NCBI GenBank assembly: GCA_951406725.2 | Contig: OX597837.1 | Coordinates: 27,776,001 to 27,840,000 of the forward strand | Source of the DNA: Octopus vulgaris | Lineage: Eukaryota | Length of the DNA stretch: 64,000 nt | Direction: 5' to 3' | Shown here: one piece after another, positions 39,570 to 52,206 of the stretch | Numbering within the stretch: position 1 is the stretch's first letter | Layout of the letters: the number at the start of each line of letters is the position of its first letter | Program-made: the position numbers and the translations under genes | The notes under the pieces: generated by a model | Database searches by the model: none | The model's input: only the letters and a program-made list of their open reading frames with translations | Told to the model about the DNA's origin: nothing

Positions 39570-41000
39570 TTGCCAGATAAGGTCCTGGAGTTCAAGAGAC
39601 TTCTCAATAACATTAACACCAACATACAATTCACAGTGGAATACAACCACAAAGATCTCCAATTCCTAGATATACTGATTTAAAAAAATAAGCAAAAAAT
39701 AGAAACAGACATGTTTTACAAGACCACAGACGCTAAACAATATCTATTGCTTAGCTCATGTCACCCGAGACATATCAAGACAAATATCCCCTTCAGCCAT
39801 GCAAGAAATATTTGCACCATAAGTGGGGGCGCAATGGCCCAGTGGTTAGGGCAGCGGACTCGCGGTCGTAGGATCGCGGTTTCGATTCCCAGACCGGGCG
39901 TTGTGAGTGTTTATTGAGCGAAAAGCACCTAAAGCTCCACGAGGCTCCGGCAGGGATGGTGGTGATCCATGCTGTACTCTTTCACCACAACTTTCTCTCA
40001 CTCTTACTTCCTGTTTCTGTTGTACCTGTATTTCAAAGGGCCGGCCTTGTCACTCTCTGTGTCACGCTGAATATCTCCGAGAACTACGTTAAGGGTACAC
40101 GTGTCTGTGGAGTGCTCAGCCACTTACACGTTAATTTCACGAGCAGGCTGTTCCGTTGATCGGATCAACCGGAACCCTCGTCGTCGTAACCGACAGAGTA
40201 CTTCCAAAATTTGCACCATAGTATCCGAAAAAAAAAATACCAGAGAACTAAGACTGCAAGAGCTTAAAAATGTATTCCAGGACAGGCACTACCCAATTCA
40301 ACTCATAAATGAAGGAAATAAACGTTAAAATCGAATAATATTAAAACATTAAGAAAAGCTAAACACAACAACACATCAACCCTCGAAGTACTACTTTATA
40401 GCTCCGCATACAACCCCGGAAACAAATAAGCATTCAATATCATCATCCAGAATTTTCCAATAGTCCATAGGGACCCAACACTTAAGGGGATTCTATGTAA
40501 CCATAAAATCATTAAGAGCAGCAAACAGCCTAAGACATTGAAGAAAATTCTCACCAATGGCAAACTATTCTCCAGAACAACGGGCGCAATAATCGTAAAG
40601 TGTGGTCGCCCTAATTGCGGAACATGTCCAAATCTGTTGTAAGGATCGGAATTCCATTTCAGACAAGGACAAATATTCAAGATCAAACCTAACATCATTT
40701 GCGCCACCCAAAACCTCATTCATTCACGTAATTAGATGCTCAGGCTACCATTGTAACAATATGGGCTCCACAGGAAATTCGAACCGAAAGAGATTTACGG
40801 TCCAGAGACAACAAATTTCCTCCTCATTATATCGCCAAATATACCTCAGTCAACAGAATGACGAATGTGCAGAACGATTACAAGCACAATTCGTAATTTT
40901 CCTATTTTATTGACTTGCCTTCTGGACCTCAACACACGTAAGACTGAATAAAGAAGTCTCAAATATAAACCAGAATTTAATATGAGCCCATATTAAACAT
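39570..41000 (+). mobile_element. Penelope-like retroelement relic (RT thumb, Cys linker, GIY-YIG endonuclease)
   Basis: LNNINTNIQFTVE...FLDILI, FYKTTDAKQYL..SSCHPRHIKTNIPFS, KCGRPNCGTC, VIRCSG..C..MGSTG...RF; frameshifts and stops. Confidence 0.85.
39822..40208 (+). mobile_element. SINE C, full length, nested in the Penelope relic
   Basis: 12-bp TSD ATTTGCACCATA (39810-39821, 40209-40220); tRNA-like head. Confidence 0.92.
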
Positions 41001-41119
41001 AAAGGACTTACGCTCACACACTCACACACACTCACACAATCACATAAACATACACGTACTCGTATACTCGTACATAAAACGCACACATATATATTGTCCT
41101 TTTTTTTGTTTTCCCGCAG

Positions 41120-41284
41120 ATTTACCTTCTTCACTAAAAGGCCTTTTGACCAATCCAATCTACGTTCTCTTGCTTGTGGGAGATTGTATACTCGTGTTTT
41201 GTTTCGGTGGTTTGCGGTCGTTCTTGCAAAAATATTTGGAGCACCAATTCTTCCTTCCTGTCTGGGAAAGCAACTATATTTTAG
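41120..41284 (+). CDS. SLCO: SLCO coding exon 4 (TM7)
   Basis: DLPSSLKGLLTNPIY...FLQKYLEHQF; CCCGCAG acceptor, G|GTAAAT donor. Confidence 0.92.
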
Positions 41285-41381
41285 GTAAATATACCAACTT
41301 TATCCAGTTATTCTTCGTTATTGGAATACCCTTAACTTGTGTGTGTGCTTGTGTTGTTACACACACACACACAAAGATACA

Positions 41382-41471
<90 letters not shown>

Positions 41472-41472
<1 letters not shown>

Positions 41473-41666
41473 TCTTTTATTCTTTTACCTGTTTCAGTCA
41501 TTTGACTGGGGCCATGCTGGAGCACCGCCTTTAGTCGAGCAAATCGACCCCAGGACTTATTCTTTGTAAGCCTAGTACTTATTCTATCGGTCTCTTTTGC
41601 CGAACCGCTAAGTTACGGGTACGTAAACAGAGACACATAAACACAGACACACACACACACGCGCAT

Positions 41667-41745
<79 letters not shown>

Positions 41746-41915
41746 TATATACATACGACGGGCTTTCAGATTCTGTCTACCATATGCACTCACAAGGCTT
41801 TGGTCGGTCCGAGGCTATAGTAGAAGATACTTGCCTAAGGTGCCACGCAGTGGGACTGAACCCGGAACCATGTGGTTCGTAAGCAAGTAACTTACCATAC
41901 ACCCACTCTCACGCC
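41472..41915 (-). mobile_element. SINE A
   Basis: Homology to family. Confidence 0.85.
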
Positions 41916-42004
<89 letters not shown>

Positions 42005-42249
42005 CAAAGGAAATCCAACTCTGTCCGTTTTTTATGTTTTATTTATATTCTTTATAATATTAATGTAGAATATAGAATATATAGTATAAATAGTATATCT
42101 AGTAAAATGAAATGAAGTTTTGATTGTCTTATTGAATAGATGAAATACTGAATATAAAGTATTAAGGGACTAGTATACTTTCTTGCATTAAAGCAGGCTT
42201 CAAGGTTCCATGTTGTGACAGGAATGTATATGTATGTATGTATGTATGT

Positions 42250-42414
42250 GGCGCAGGAGTGGCTGTGTGGTAAGTAGCTTGCTAACCAGCCACATGGTTC
42301 CGGGTTCAGTCCCACTGCGTGGCACCTTGGGCAAGTGTCTTCTACTATAGCCTCGGGCCGACCAAAGCCTTGTGAGTGGATTTGATAGACGGAAACTGAA
42401 AGAAGCCTGTCGTA

Positions 42415-42461
<47 letters not shown>

Positions 42462-42670
42462 TTGTGTTTGTTCCCCTAGCATTGCTTGACAACCGATGCT
42501 GGTGTGTTTACGTCCCCGTCACTTAGCGGTTCGGCAAAAAGAGACCGATAGAATAAGTACTGGGCTTACAAAAAGAATAAGTCCCGGGGTCGTGTTGCTT
42601 GCCTAAAGGCGGTGCTCCAGCATGGCCGCAGTCAAATGACTGAAACAAGTAAAAGAGTAAAAGAGAGAGA
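42250..42670 (+). mobile_element. SINE A, full length, plus strand
   Basis: GGCGCAGGAGTGGCTGTGTGG head through AAAAGAGTA tail. Confidence 0.88.
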
Positions 42671-42671
42671 G

Positions 42672-43029
42672 TATATGTATGTATGCATGTATGTATATAT
42701 ATGTATGTATGTATGTATATATATGTATGTATGTATGTATGTATATATATGTATGTATGTATGTATATATATGTATGTATGTATGTATGTATATATGTAT
42801 GTATGTATGTATGTATATATATGTATGTATGTATGTATATATATGTATGTATGTATGTATGTATATATATGTATGTATGTATGTATATATATGTATGTAT
42901 GTATATATATGTATGTATGTATATATATGTATGTATGTATATATATGTATGTATGTATATATATATATGTATGTATGTATATGTATGTATGTATGTATAT
43001 ATATGTATGTATGTATGTATGTATATATG

Positions 43030-43092
<63 letters not shown>

Positions 43093-43203
43093 ATATATGT
43101 ATGTATGTATGTATGTATATATATGTATGTATGTATGTATATGCATGTATGTATGTATATATATGTATGTATGTATGTATATATATATATGTATGTATGT
43201 ATG

Positions 43204-43239
<36 letters not shown>

Positions 43240-43345
43240 TGTATATATGTATATATATATATGTATGTATGTATGTATGTATATATATGTATGTATGTAT
43301 GTATATATATGTATGTATGTATGTATATATATGTATGTATGTATG

Positions 43346-43381
<36 letters not shown>

Positions 43382-43582
43382 TGTATGTATGTATGTATGT
43401 ATATATATGTATGTATGTATGTATATATATGTATGTATGTATGTATATATATGTATGTATGTATGTATATATATGTATGTATGTATATATATGTATATAT
43501 ATGTATGTATGTATGTATATATATGTATGTATGTATGTATATATATGTATGTATGTATATATATGTATGTATGCATGTATGT
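42672..43582. repeat. (TATG)n/(TA)n compound microsatellite
   Basis: Direct reading. Confidence 0.97.
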
Positions 43583-44053
43583 AAATCGTCGGCTCCAGCT
43601 CGTTTCTGAGCATTAGGTTCGTCAGTTTCTATCCTGTCTCCTCAGCTGAAGTTTCTTTTGAGAATCAAAGAGTAGAAAAACGAAGCCAGTTGCTGAGTAA
43701 ATCGTTTGAGGTGATCGTGGCATCGCGGCGGCCAGGCACCAGGCACTTGGCCAGGAACTTCTCCACCGGAGCTCAACAATTAAGCCGTGCAGTCTTGGTG
43801 AGCCTAGTTGCAGCGAGCTGCCGGAGTCTATCCGCCGCATTTCTCACCCCTGCTCGCCAAGCGACGCGCTCTTCCGCCGGAGTCAAACCATGGGGGGCTT
43901 GAAATTGCCCTCTTCTACTTGCTTCGTCGTTGGGGTCTTGATGTTGGGGTCTGGTCGCGTTTTGTCTGGGCAGAATTTGAACTCAGAATTTAAAGACGAA
44001 CAAAATGCCGCGTTTTGCTCGGCGCGCGCTAACGATTCTGCCAGCTTTCCGCT

Positions 44054-44285
44054 TTACTCTCTTTTACTCTTTTACTTGTTTCAGTCATTTGACTGCGGCC
44101 ATGCTGGAGCACCGCCTTTTTAGTCGAGCAAATCGACCCCAGAACTTATTCTTTGTAAGCCCAGTACTTATTCTATCGGTCTCGCTTGCCGAACCGCTAA
44201 GTTACAGACCAGCATCGGTTGTCAAGCGATGTTGGGGGATAAACACAGACACACGCACACATGCATATATATACATATATATATA

Positions 44286-44371
<86 letters not shown>

Positions 44372-44472
44372 GTATATACGACGGGCTTCTTTCAGTTTCC
44401 GACTACCAAATCCACTCACAAGGCTTTGGTCGGCCGAGGCTATAGCCGAAGACACTTGCCCAAGGTGCCACG
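44054..44472 (-). mobile_element. SINE A lacking its head, ending 40 nt before exon 5
   Basis: Homology to family. Confidence 0.85.
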
Positions 44473-44512
44473 CTTTATGTACATCCCTAATATTAAATTC
44501 ATCTCATTGCAG

Positions 44513-44705
44513 CAATTGTCGGGCTTCTGGGATCCCTGGTTGGAATAATGCTTGGCTGTATCATAATTACTCGATTGAGACTTGAAAAACGAGGAATGAT
44601 TTCGATGAAGTTGATTGCATATGGTATCTGCATCGTCCTGGAGATTGTTGCATCTTGCTTGAGCTGTGAAGCACCTCTCATAATCAACAACCCTATGAAT
44701 AATAT
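44513..44705 (+). CDS. SLCO: SLCO coding exon 5 (TM8-9)
   Basis: AIVGLLGSLVGIMLGCIIITRLRL...CLSCEAP; TTGCAG acceptor, AT|GTAAGT donor, phase 1-2. Confidence 0.88.
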
Positions 44706-44923
44706 GTAAGTGCTTGTTTTTATCACTGTTTTTATTGCTGTTACTGCTTTGTTTGTTTGTTGAGCCAAGCGGTCTTCGTTCTGTAGTGGGAGAAGTCCGA
44801 AACGTGGCCCGTTGCTATTCGTAAGACCCGCAGAAGAGAAAGCAGGTCGAACCCCGACACCGAGAGCATCGACGGATGGATGAATGCGCATCCAGTCCCA
44901 GCGGTTGCGTAGGAAGTCGGGGA

Positions 44924-45306
44924 TGGAAGCACTCCGTCGGTTACGACGATGAGGGTTCCGGTTGATCCGAATGAACGGAACAGCCTGCTCATGAAATTAA
45001 CGTGTAAGTGGCTGAGCACTCCACAGACACGTGCACCCTTAATGTAGTTCTCGGGGATATTCAGCGTGACACAGAGAGTGACAAGGCCGGCCCTCTGAAA
45101 TACAGGTACAACAGAAACAGGAAGTAAGAGTGAGAGAAAGTTGTGGTGAAAGAGTACAGCAGGGATCACCACCATCCCCTGCCGGAGCGTCGTGGAGCTT
45201 TAGGTGTTTTCGCTCAATAAACACAAACAACGCCCGGTCTGGGAATCGAAACCGCAACCCTCCGACCGTGAGTCCGCTGCCCTAACCACTAGGCCATTGC
45301 ACCTCC
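44924..45306 (-). mobile_element. SINE C, full length
   Basis: Homologous to 39822-40208. Confidence 0.88.
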
Positions 45307-45404
45307 ATTGCTGCTGTTATTGTTGCTGTCATTGTTGCGTCTGCTTCCGCTGTCGTTGTCCTTGATGTCTTTGTTTTTGTGACCATCATTATCTTGGTGT
45401 TGGT

Positions 45405-45800
45405 CGCAGTTGGCACAATCGTTAGCACGCCGGGCGAAATGCTTAGCGGTATTTCGTCTGACGCTACGTTCTGAGTTCAAATTCCGCCGAGGTCGACTTT
45501 GCCTTTCATCCTTTCGGGGTCGATTAAATAAGTACCAGTTACGTACTGAGGTCGATATATTCGACTTAATCCGTTTGTCTGTCCTTGTTTGTCCTCTCTG
45601 TGTTTAGCCCCTTGTGGGTAATAGGTATTTCGTCTGCCGTTACGTTCTGTGTTCAAATTCCGCCGAGGTCGACTTTGCCTTTCATCCTTTCGGGGTCGAT
45701 TAAATAAGTACCAGTTACGCACTGGTCGATTAAATAAGTTCCAGTTACCGTTTGTCTGTCCTTGTTTGTCCCTTCTGTGTTTAGCCCCTCGTGGGTAGTA
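45405..45800 (+). mobile_element. SINE B, head plus tandem bodies
   Basis: Second body restarts at GGTATTTCGTC (45624). Confidence 0.85.
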
Positions 45801-46187
45801 ATGAACTCTTGGATAGTAGCACATAAAAACATACAATCTGTTTATGCACATCCAAAGTATTGGTTTCAAATTTTGGTACAAGGCCAGCCAGTTCGGGTGA
45901 GAGGAAATTCGATTACATCGACCTCCAATGCATAACTGGTACTTATTTTCCCTTGGATAACATCGGTGGCGGGGATAGGAAAGACTGTCATGTATGGGGG
46001 ACTGCTGGACTTCCATAAACAAACCTATTCGGACTTGTGTCTCGGAGGGGAACCTTCTAGGTGCGATCTCAAGGTCATTCATGACCGAAGGGGTTTTTTA
46101 CCCTTTACTTTTGATCTATAGAGAACTCATTCAGAACCGAGCTGAGATTAAAATAATAAGAATATCTATCGTCTGTTTCCCTTTCAG

Positions 46188-46323
46188 TTCCCTAAATTCC
46201 AATATGTCGGCATTAGTTGATGATTGCAATTGTGATATTCGACAGTATTTCCCAGTATGTGGTTACGATCAACAGAATTATTTCTCACCCTGTCATGCTG
46301 GATGTATGGAAGGAAATAATCTT
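46188..46323 (+). CDS. SLCO: SLCO coding exon 6 (Kazal-like extracellular loop)
   Basis: DCNCDIRQYFPVCGYDQQNYFSPCHAGC; CTTTCAG acceptor, GTAAGT donor, phase 2-0. Confidence 0.94.
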
Positions 46324-46468
46324 GTAAGTTCAAAGCATTTTTTAATCTTAATGTACCGTTTTCATCTTCCTTTTCCTTCTTCATTTCTTCATTCCTCTAT
46401 ATCAGCGGTTCCCAAACTATGAGTCGCGAACGGAATCTTAGTGGGTCGCGACTCTAAAAAGATATGTG

Positions 46469-46544
<76 letters not shown>

Positions 46545-46568
46545 AGTGTGTGTGTGTGCAACTATATC

Positions 46569-46978
46569 TGAGTTGGCAGAATCGTTAGCGCGCCGGGCGA
46601 AATGCGTAGCCGTATTTCGTCTGCCGTTACGTTCTGAGTTCAAATTCCGCCGAGGTCGACTTTGCCTTTCATCCATTCGGGGTCGATAAATTAAGTACCA
46701 GTTTCGCACTGGGGTCGATGTAATCGACTTAATCCCTTTGTCTGTCCTTGTTTGTCCCCTCTATGTTTAGCCCCTTGTGGGCAGTAAAGAAATAGGTATT
46801 TCGTCTGTCGTTACGTTCTGAGTTCAAATTCCGCCGAGGTCGACTTTGCCTTTCATCCTTTCGGGGTCGATAAATTAAGTACCAGTTTCGCACTGGGGTC
46901 GATGTAATCGACTTGATCCCTTTGTCTGTCCTTGTTTGCCCCCTCTATGCTTAGCCCCTTTTGGGTAGTAAAGAAATA
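46569..46978 (+). mobile_element. SINE B, head plus two bodies
   Basis: Second body restarts at GGTATTTCGTC (46795). Confidence 0.88.
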
Positions 46979-47048
46979 TATATATCTGAGTGTGCATATA
47001 TGTATATATTCATTACCATTTCTTGTATTTCCATTTTTTCTTTTACAG

Positions 47049-47203
47049 AAGTTTACCAACTGCAAAGGAATCCCTGGAATGTCAGCAACTGCTGGTCTGT
47101 GTCCCATTGACTGCGGGGCCAAATATCTATTTATAGTACTTACGACTATCATTGGCATTGTTGGTATGGCCAGTGTTCCACCCGGTTATCTTCTAGTTGT
47201 AAG
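47049..47203 (+). CDS. SLCO: SLCO coding exon 7 (end of Cys loop, TM10)
   Basis: KFTNCKGI...ATAGLCPIDC...; TTTTACAG acceptor, AG|GTGAGT donor, phase 0-2. Confidence 0.92.
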
Positions 47204-47208
47204 GTGAG

Positions 47209-47637
47209 TACTCTCTCTTTACTCTTTTACTCTTTTACTTGTTTCAGTCATTTGACTGCGGCCATGCTGGAGCACCGCCTTTTTTTAGTCGAGCAAATCG
47301 ACCCCGGGACTTATTCTTTGTAAGCCCAGTACTTATTCTATCGGTCTCTTTTGCCGAACTGCTAAGTGACGGGGACGTAAACACACCAGCATCGGTTGTC
47401 AAGCAATGCTAGGGGGACAAACACAGACACACAAACATATACACACACACGTATATATATATATATATACATATATACGACAGGCTTCTTTCAGTTTCCG
47501 TCTACCAGATCCACTCACAAGGCATTGGTCGGTCCGGGGCTATAGCAGAAGACACTTGCCGAAGGAACCACGCAGTGGGACTGAACCCGGAACCATGTGG
47601 TTCGTTAGCAAGCTACTTACCACACAGCCACTCCTAC
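47209..47637 (-). mobile_element. SINE A abutting the exon 7 donor
   Basis: Tail begins immediately after GTGAG. Confidence 0.88.
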
Positions 47638-47967
47638 GTGTATAAATGGATTGATATGGTACATTATCCAGTCTTTAGATGTCTTTAGCGGAATCTGCAC
47701 TGTTGCATACATCGAGAGATAGTCTCTGTTTTGCTGATAGCACATCAGTTTTGGTGTAAACTGTCTTTTGCTCGAGCAGGTTTGTAAATGTATAATAATG
47801 TTTCTGGTGGTGTCCGTCTTTCTGTGATTAAGCTGTACATTATCCTGTTTTTGTCATATGAGATTTAATGCACTTCTACTTACGACACGTCTTATATACG
47901 TTCCTACGAAAATCTATGCTTTGTTACTTATGACACATCTTAATGTCGTACGTTATATGATAAATGA

Positions 47968-48330
47968 AGGCGCATGGCTCAGTGGTTAGAGCGGTACAAA
48001 CATAACAAGCCTGATATTCTTCTGTGGAACAGGAAACAAAAGACATGCGCTGTTGTAATGATCAGCTGCTCAGTAGATGTGAATGTACAATGAAAGTCCA
48101 GGTAAGAGAACATCTTAGACTCCCAGGACGTTTGCTCAGACTTACTGAGTTTGAGAAATGATATAGGAAAAGAGATGACTTCTGCTACGTATGTATATAA
48201 AACGTGTGTGCAACAATCTGGACCTTTTGGTATTGATAGGGTTAAGTGTCCACCGGTAGAAGGTAACTGGATCGTTTTGATATTCACTCAGTATTTAATG
48301 GTGGGTACCTCCGCGTGACCTATTGAAACA
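47968..48330 (+). mobile_element. tRNA-like head fragment followed by an RLE-type LINE 3' fragment
   Basis: GGCGCATGGCTCAGTGGTTAGAGCG then KHNKPDILLWNRKQKTCAVV.ISCSVDVNV (PD-(D/E)xK-like). Confidence 0.55.
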
Positions 48331-48576
48331 CTGCTGCGAAAATGAATATTTTGCAGGTTGTGATACATCAAAGATTTGACATCATATGATATACGACAGT
48401 ATGCAAATCAAGGCACCATCGGTTATCATAAGTCACAATGTATGTATGTATGTATGTATGTATGTATGTATGTATGTATGTATGTATGTATGTATGTATG
48501 TATGCATGTATGCATGCATGTGTGTATGCATGTATGTATTTATGTATGTGTATGTATGTATTTATGTATGTATGTA

Positions 48577-48944
48577 TACTCTTTTACTTGTTTCAGTCAT
48601 TTGACTGCGGTCATGCTGGAGCACCACCTTTAGTCGAGCAAATCGACCCCAGGACTTATTCTTTGTAAGCCTAGTACTTATTCTATCGGTCTCTTTTACC
48701 GAACTGCTAAGTTACGAGGACGTAAACACACCAGCAACGGTTGTCAAGCGATGTTGGGGAGACAAACACACACATATATATACGTATATACGACGGGCTT
48801 CTTTCAGTTTCCGTCTACTATATCCACTCACAAGGCTTTGGTCGGCCCGAGGCTATAGTAGAAGACACTTGCCTAATGTTCTACGCAGTGGGACTGAACC
48901 CGGAACCATGTGGTTGGTAAGCAAGCTACTTACCACACAGCCAC
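48577..48944 (-). mobile_element. SINE A
   Basis: Homology to family. Confidence 0.85.
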
Positions 48945-49210
48945 TGGGGTATTTTCAGTTTTATTTCAAGATTTCTTGAAATGTGTGTATGTATATGTGC
49001 AAATTTGTAAGTTTTTGTTGTATGTATGTATTCTCATGCATATAGTTGCGTGTCTAGACATGTTCATATATACTTAAATGATAAAATTTTGGAAAGAATT
49101 ACAGACTTTTACAGTTCCAGTGATGGCTTGCATCTAAAGTCTCCGAATCAGCTTTCTCCTTTCTAGTTTTGAGAAGCTTAATTTCTCAAGATTGGTACTC
49201 AGTCAGTGTG

Positions 49211-49535
49211 ATGTATGTATGTATGTATGTATGTATGTATGTATGTATGCATGCATGTATGCATGCATGTATGTATGTATGTATGTATGTATGTATGTAT
49301 GTATGTATGTATGGTATGTATGTGTATGTATGTAAGTATTTATGTATGTATGTATGTATGTATATATATGTATGTATGTATGTATGTGTATGTATGTATG
49401 TATGTGTGTATGTATGTATGTATGCGTGAATGTGTGTATGTATGTATGTATTTATGTATGTATGGTATGTATGTGTATGTATGTAAGTATTTATGTATGT
49501 ATGTATGTATGTATGCATGCATGTATGTATGTATG

Positions 49536-49569
<34 letters not shown>

Positions 49570-49632
49570 TGTATGTATGTATGTATGTATGTATGTATGT
49601 ATGTATGTATGTATGTACGTATGTATGTATGT
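49211..49632. repeat. (TATG)n microsatellite
   Basis: Direct reading. Confidence 0.95.
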
Positions 49633-50263
49633 GCATACATCGGTATGAAAATCAATGTATCATAGATTATTATATGTCATAATGTCTTATGATATGAAAT
49701 ACAAGCAAGACTTTTAATCAAATGGTATTCGATAATGCAGTACGATATATATTTGCTTCCTATGACACAGTCAGATATTGTCTTGTCTTGTCTTGTCTTG
49801 TATAATATATGACTGGTAAGATATGGACTACTTCGATGATTATGAGATATAATGATAGATTTTCTTGTCCATTAACTGAATGTATGGAACAGTAAAGAAC
49901 AAAAGGTTCGAACCTGTGTACAAAGTCACCATCTGTAAAGTAAAAAGTAATTAATTGACCCCAGTACTTGACTAATACTTATCTGATCGATTTCAGATGG
50001 TAAAAGCCCTTCAGCGGGAACTAAATAAAGTTTTTAGCCATATATTTTAACGTTTATCTCACTCACTAATCTTTTAACAACAACATTTGTTTTAAATATT
50101 CGTTCAAAGACAAGCATTTTGACAGAATTAGTGTAGATGACTCGATCGGCTGCTATTTTTTTCATTAACTCCGGCAGAACGAAACGTAATGATGACCGCG
50201 GTAAGATTTCAGTTCGGAAGTAAATAGTAATATTCTCGACATTTTCCCTTTATACTTTTCCAG

Positions 50264-50328
50264 GACACCAAGTGAGAAAGATAAGGCCCTCGGAATTGGC
50301 TTCTACTCAATGATTTTATCTGCTGGCG
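50264..50328 (+). CDS. SLCO: SLCO coding exon 8 (TM11 start)
   Basis: RTPSEKDKALGIGFYSMILSAG; TTTTCCAG acceptor, G|GTAAGT donor, phase 2-1. Confidence 0.9.
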
Positions 50329-51642
50329 GTAAGTATAAAATGACTCGACTCTTGTAATGAGTACTGTACAACAAGAAGAGAATATGATTTTCCTCACACT
50401 AAATATTATATCTGTCAGTGATTTCGATATTAAAATATTGATACATGGTTGGAGATCACTACTTTCTTTCAATATTACTCGGAGGGTACAGAAATTACAC
50501 TATTTTGCAGTGGCGATGGCTTGGTTAAATTCTGGTGAAACTAGTGAGGTCATAGGCCTTTAGATTTTTATATATATTGCATAATAAATCCAATAAATTA
50601 TAATATCAGCTATATCGAGATGACGATCTTATTATAAAAGGTAATATAAAAACTTGACGGCTAAATAATTTCATTGAAAAATCTCATAAATATTTGAATA
50701 ATTAGGCTTAAGATTAATTAGGCTTAAAGATTAGTGTTGTTGCTAAATTATACATGATTTGACAGTATAAGTTAATCTCGTGGTTCATCTGGTGTATTTT
50801 CCTTTCACAAAGTTTTAACAATATTTGGACATTCCTTAAGAGTAAGGGGATTGAAAAAATTGTATTTCATTCTCCTTTGTCTTATTCCATTTACAAATAT
50901 TTACAAATTTTCTGAAAATTTCTAGATGTCCTAAATAAGAATAACATTGAACTATATTTTAGTTGTACACGGAACTTTGATACAGAAATAGCAAATAGTA
51001 AATTAAAAAGCTTAATCCTATATCCATACTTAGCGCTTCTTGTTTGTATAATTGTATGAAGCCCTAGAAATATTCCTTAAATAGTTTGTAAATTTTGAAA
51101 TTCATTCTTTATTACGCGAACGAAATTTCAGCTAATACTTCAGTCTTTTTAATATTGGTCTGACGGCAAATCCTTTCAAACTATGATATAACCAGCACAA
51201 ATCAACTTTTATAAATCCAGATAGACAATGTGATACAATGTAAATCTCATACTCTTTTGACTTGGAATAAGAATTTAAATGTTTTTAAATCATTTGAAAC
51301 ATTAGACTATGACAGAACTTACAATGTAATAAAATTTATACGATTTAAGTCTCTGGGGAGCTTAGTACACAGTTCTTCAGGCGTTTCCATTCTTAACGCT
51401 CGATCTGAGCTTGTATCTTTGCCGACATAAATCCAAATGACTGCTGAAATATTTCAAATAATTTAACTGATGGAAACCGTATAACATTAAGTAATGCTCT
51501 TAAACGCTTCCAACAAATCAGGAGTCTTTGCTTTCAGTCTATATAATTTGAACGTTATTTTCTATTATAATAGTTATTTATTTTGTATATACCAAAGTTT
51601 TTTATGCATCTCTTTGTTCTTTTCTTTACTTTTCTATCTTAG

Positions 51643-51857
51643 GCTTCCTTCCTGCGCCGGTTGTATTTGGACGTGCCATCGATTTAGTGTGTATCCTGTG
51701 GGATATGAAGTGTAATGAACGCGGGGCTTGTAAATTGTATGATCTAGATAGCTTAAGAGGTGTCATATTCTTCCCTATGATTTTCGGTCGTTTCATCTCA
51801 TTTCTAGCATTTATTTTAGTTTTCTATTTGCATAACGGGAAACAGAAAAAAACTTAA
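51643..51857 (+). CDS. SLCO: SLCO coding exon 9 (TM11-12, stop)
   Basis: GFLPAPVVFGRAIDLVCILWDMKCNERGACKLYD...KQKKT then TAA at 51855-51857; joined CDS is 2112 nt with no internal stop. Confidence 0.94.
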
Positions 51858-52200
51858 CTCGTCCAAAATCAATGAGAAAAGTGTCCTGTTATAGTTACTA
51901 TTCGGAATGTATAGAGACGATGTGCATATTTTTTTTTACTCGCATCGCAGTTTTCATTAAAATCATTAAAATCATTAAAATCATTCCATTGATTTCTCCT
52001 TTAATTTTCACTTGTTTCCTACGTCGTCTGATATGAGTATCCTGATTATAACAAGCAACTGAAACAAAATTTTGATACTGCTTTACTTAAACACTCACAT
52101 TTTGTGTTGTTCAATTTTATTTTCCTTTTATTGTTTTGATTTGTCATTTTGTTTTGGAGCTTTCCTTGTTAATATTACCTTTAAATCTCTCAAAATGGAA

Positions 52201-52206
52201 AATAAA
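52201..52206 (+). terminator. Candidate polyadenylation signal AATAAA for SLCO
   Basis: AATAAA about 340 nt after the stop; AT-rich context makes a chance match likely. Confidence 0.3.

Noticed and set aside
39824-39900. tRNA gene (also the heads at 42250, 46569 and 62144)
   Set aside because: tRNA-like heads run into SINE bodies, some with clear TSDs; no complete cloverleaf or acceptor stem
44780-44806. Hammerhead-like CTGTAGT-G-GGA-GAAG-TCC-GAAA-CG-TG
   Set aside because: No stem I pairing, altered core, and G at the cleavage position
46188-46323. Stand-alone Kazal protease inhibitor partnered with the neighbouring protease
   Set aside because: It is the normal Kazal-like extracellular loop of OATPs and splices in phase into the transporter; nothing links the two convergent genes functionally
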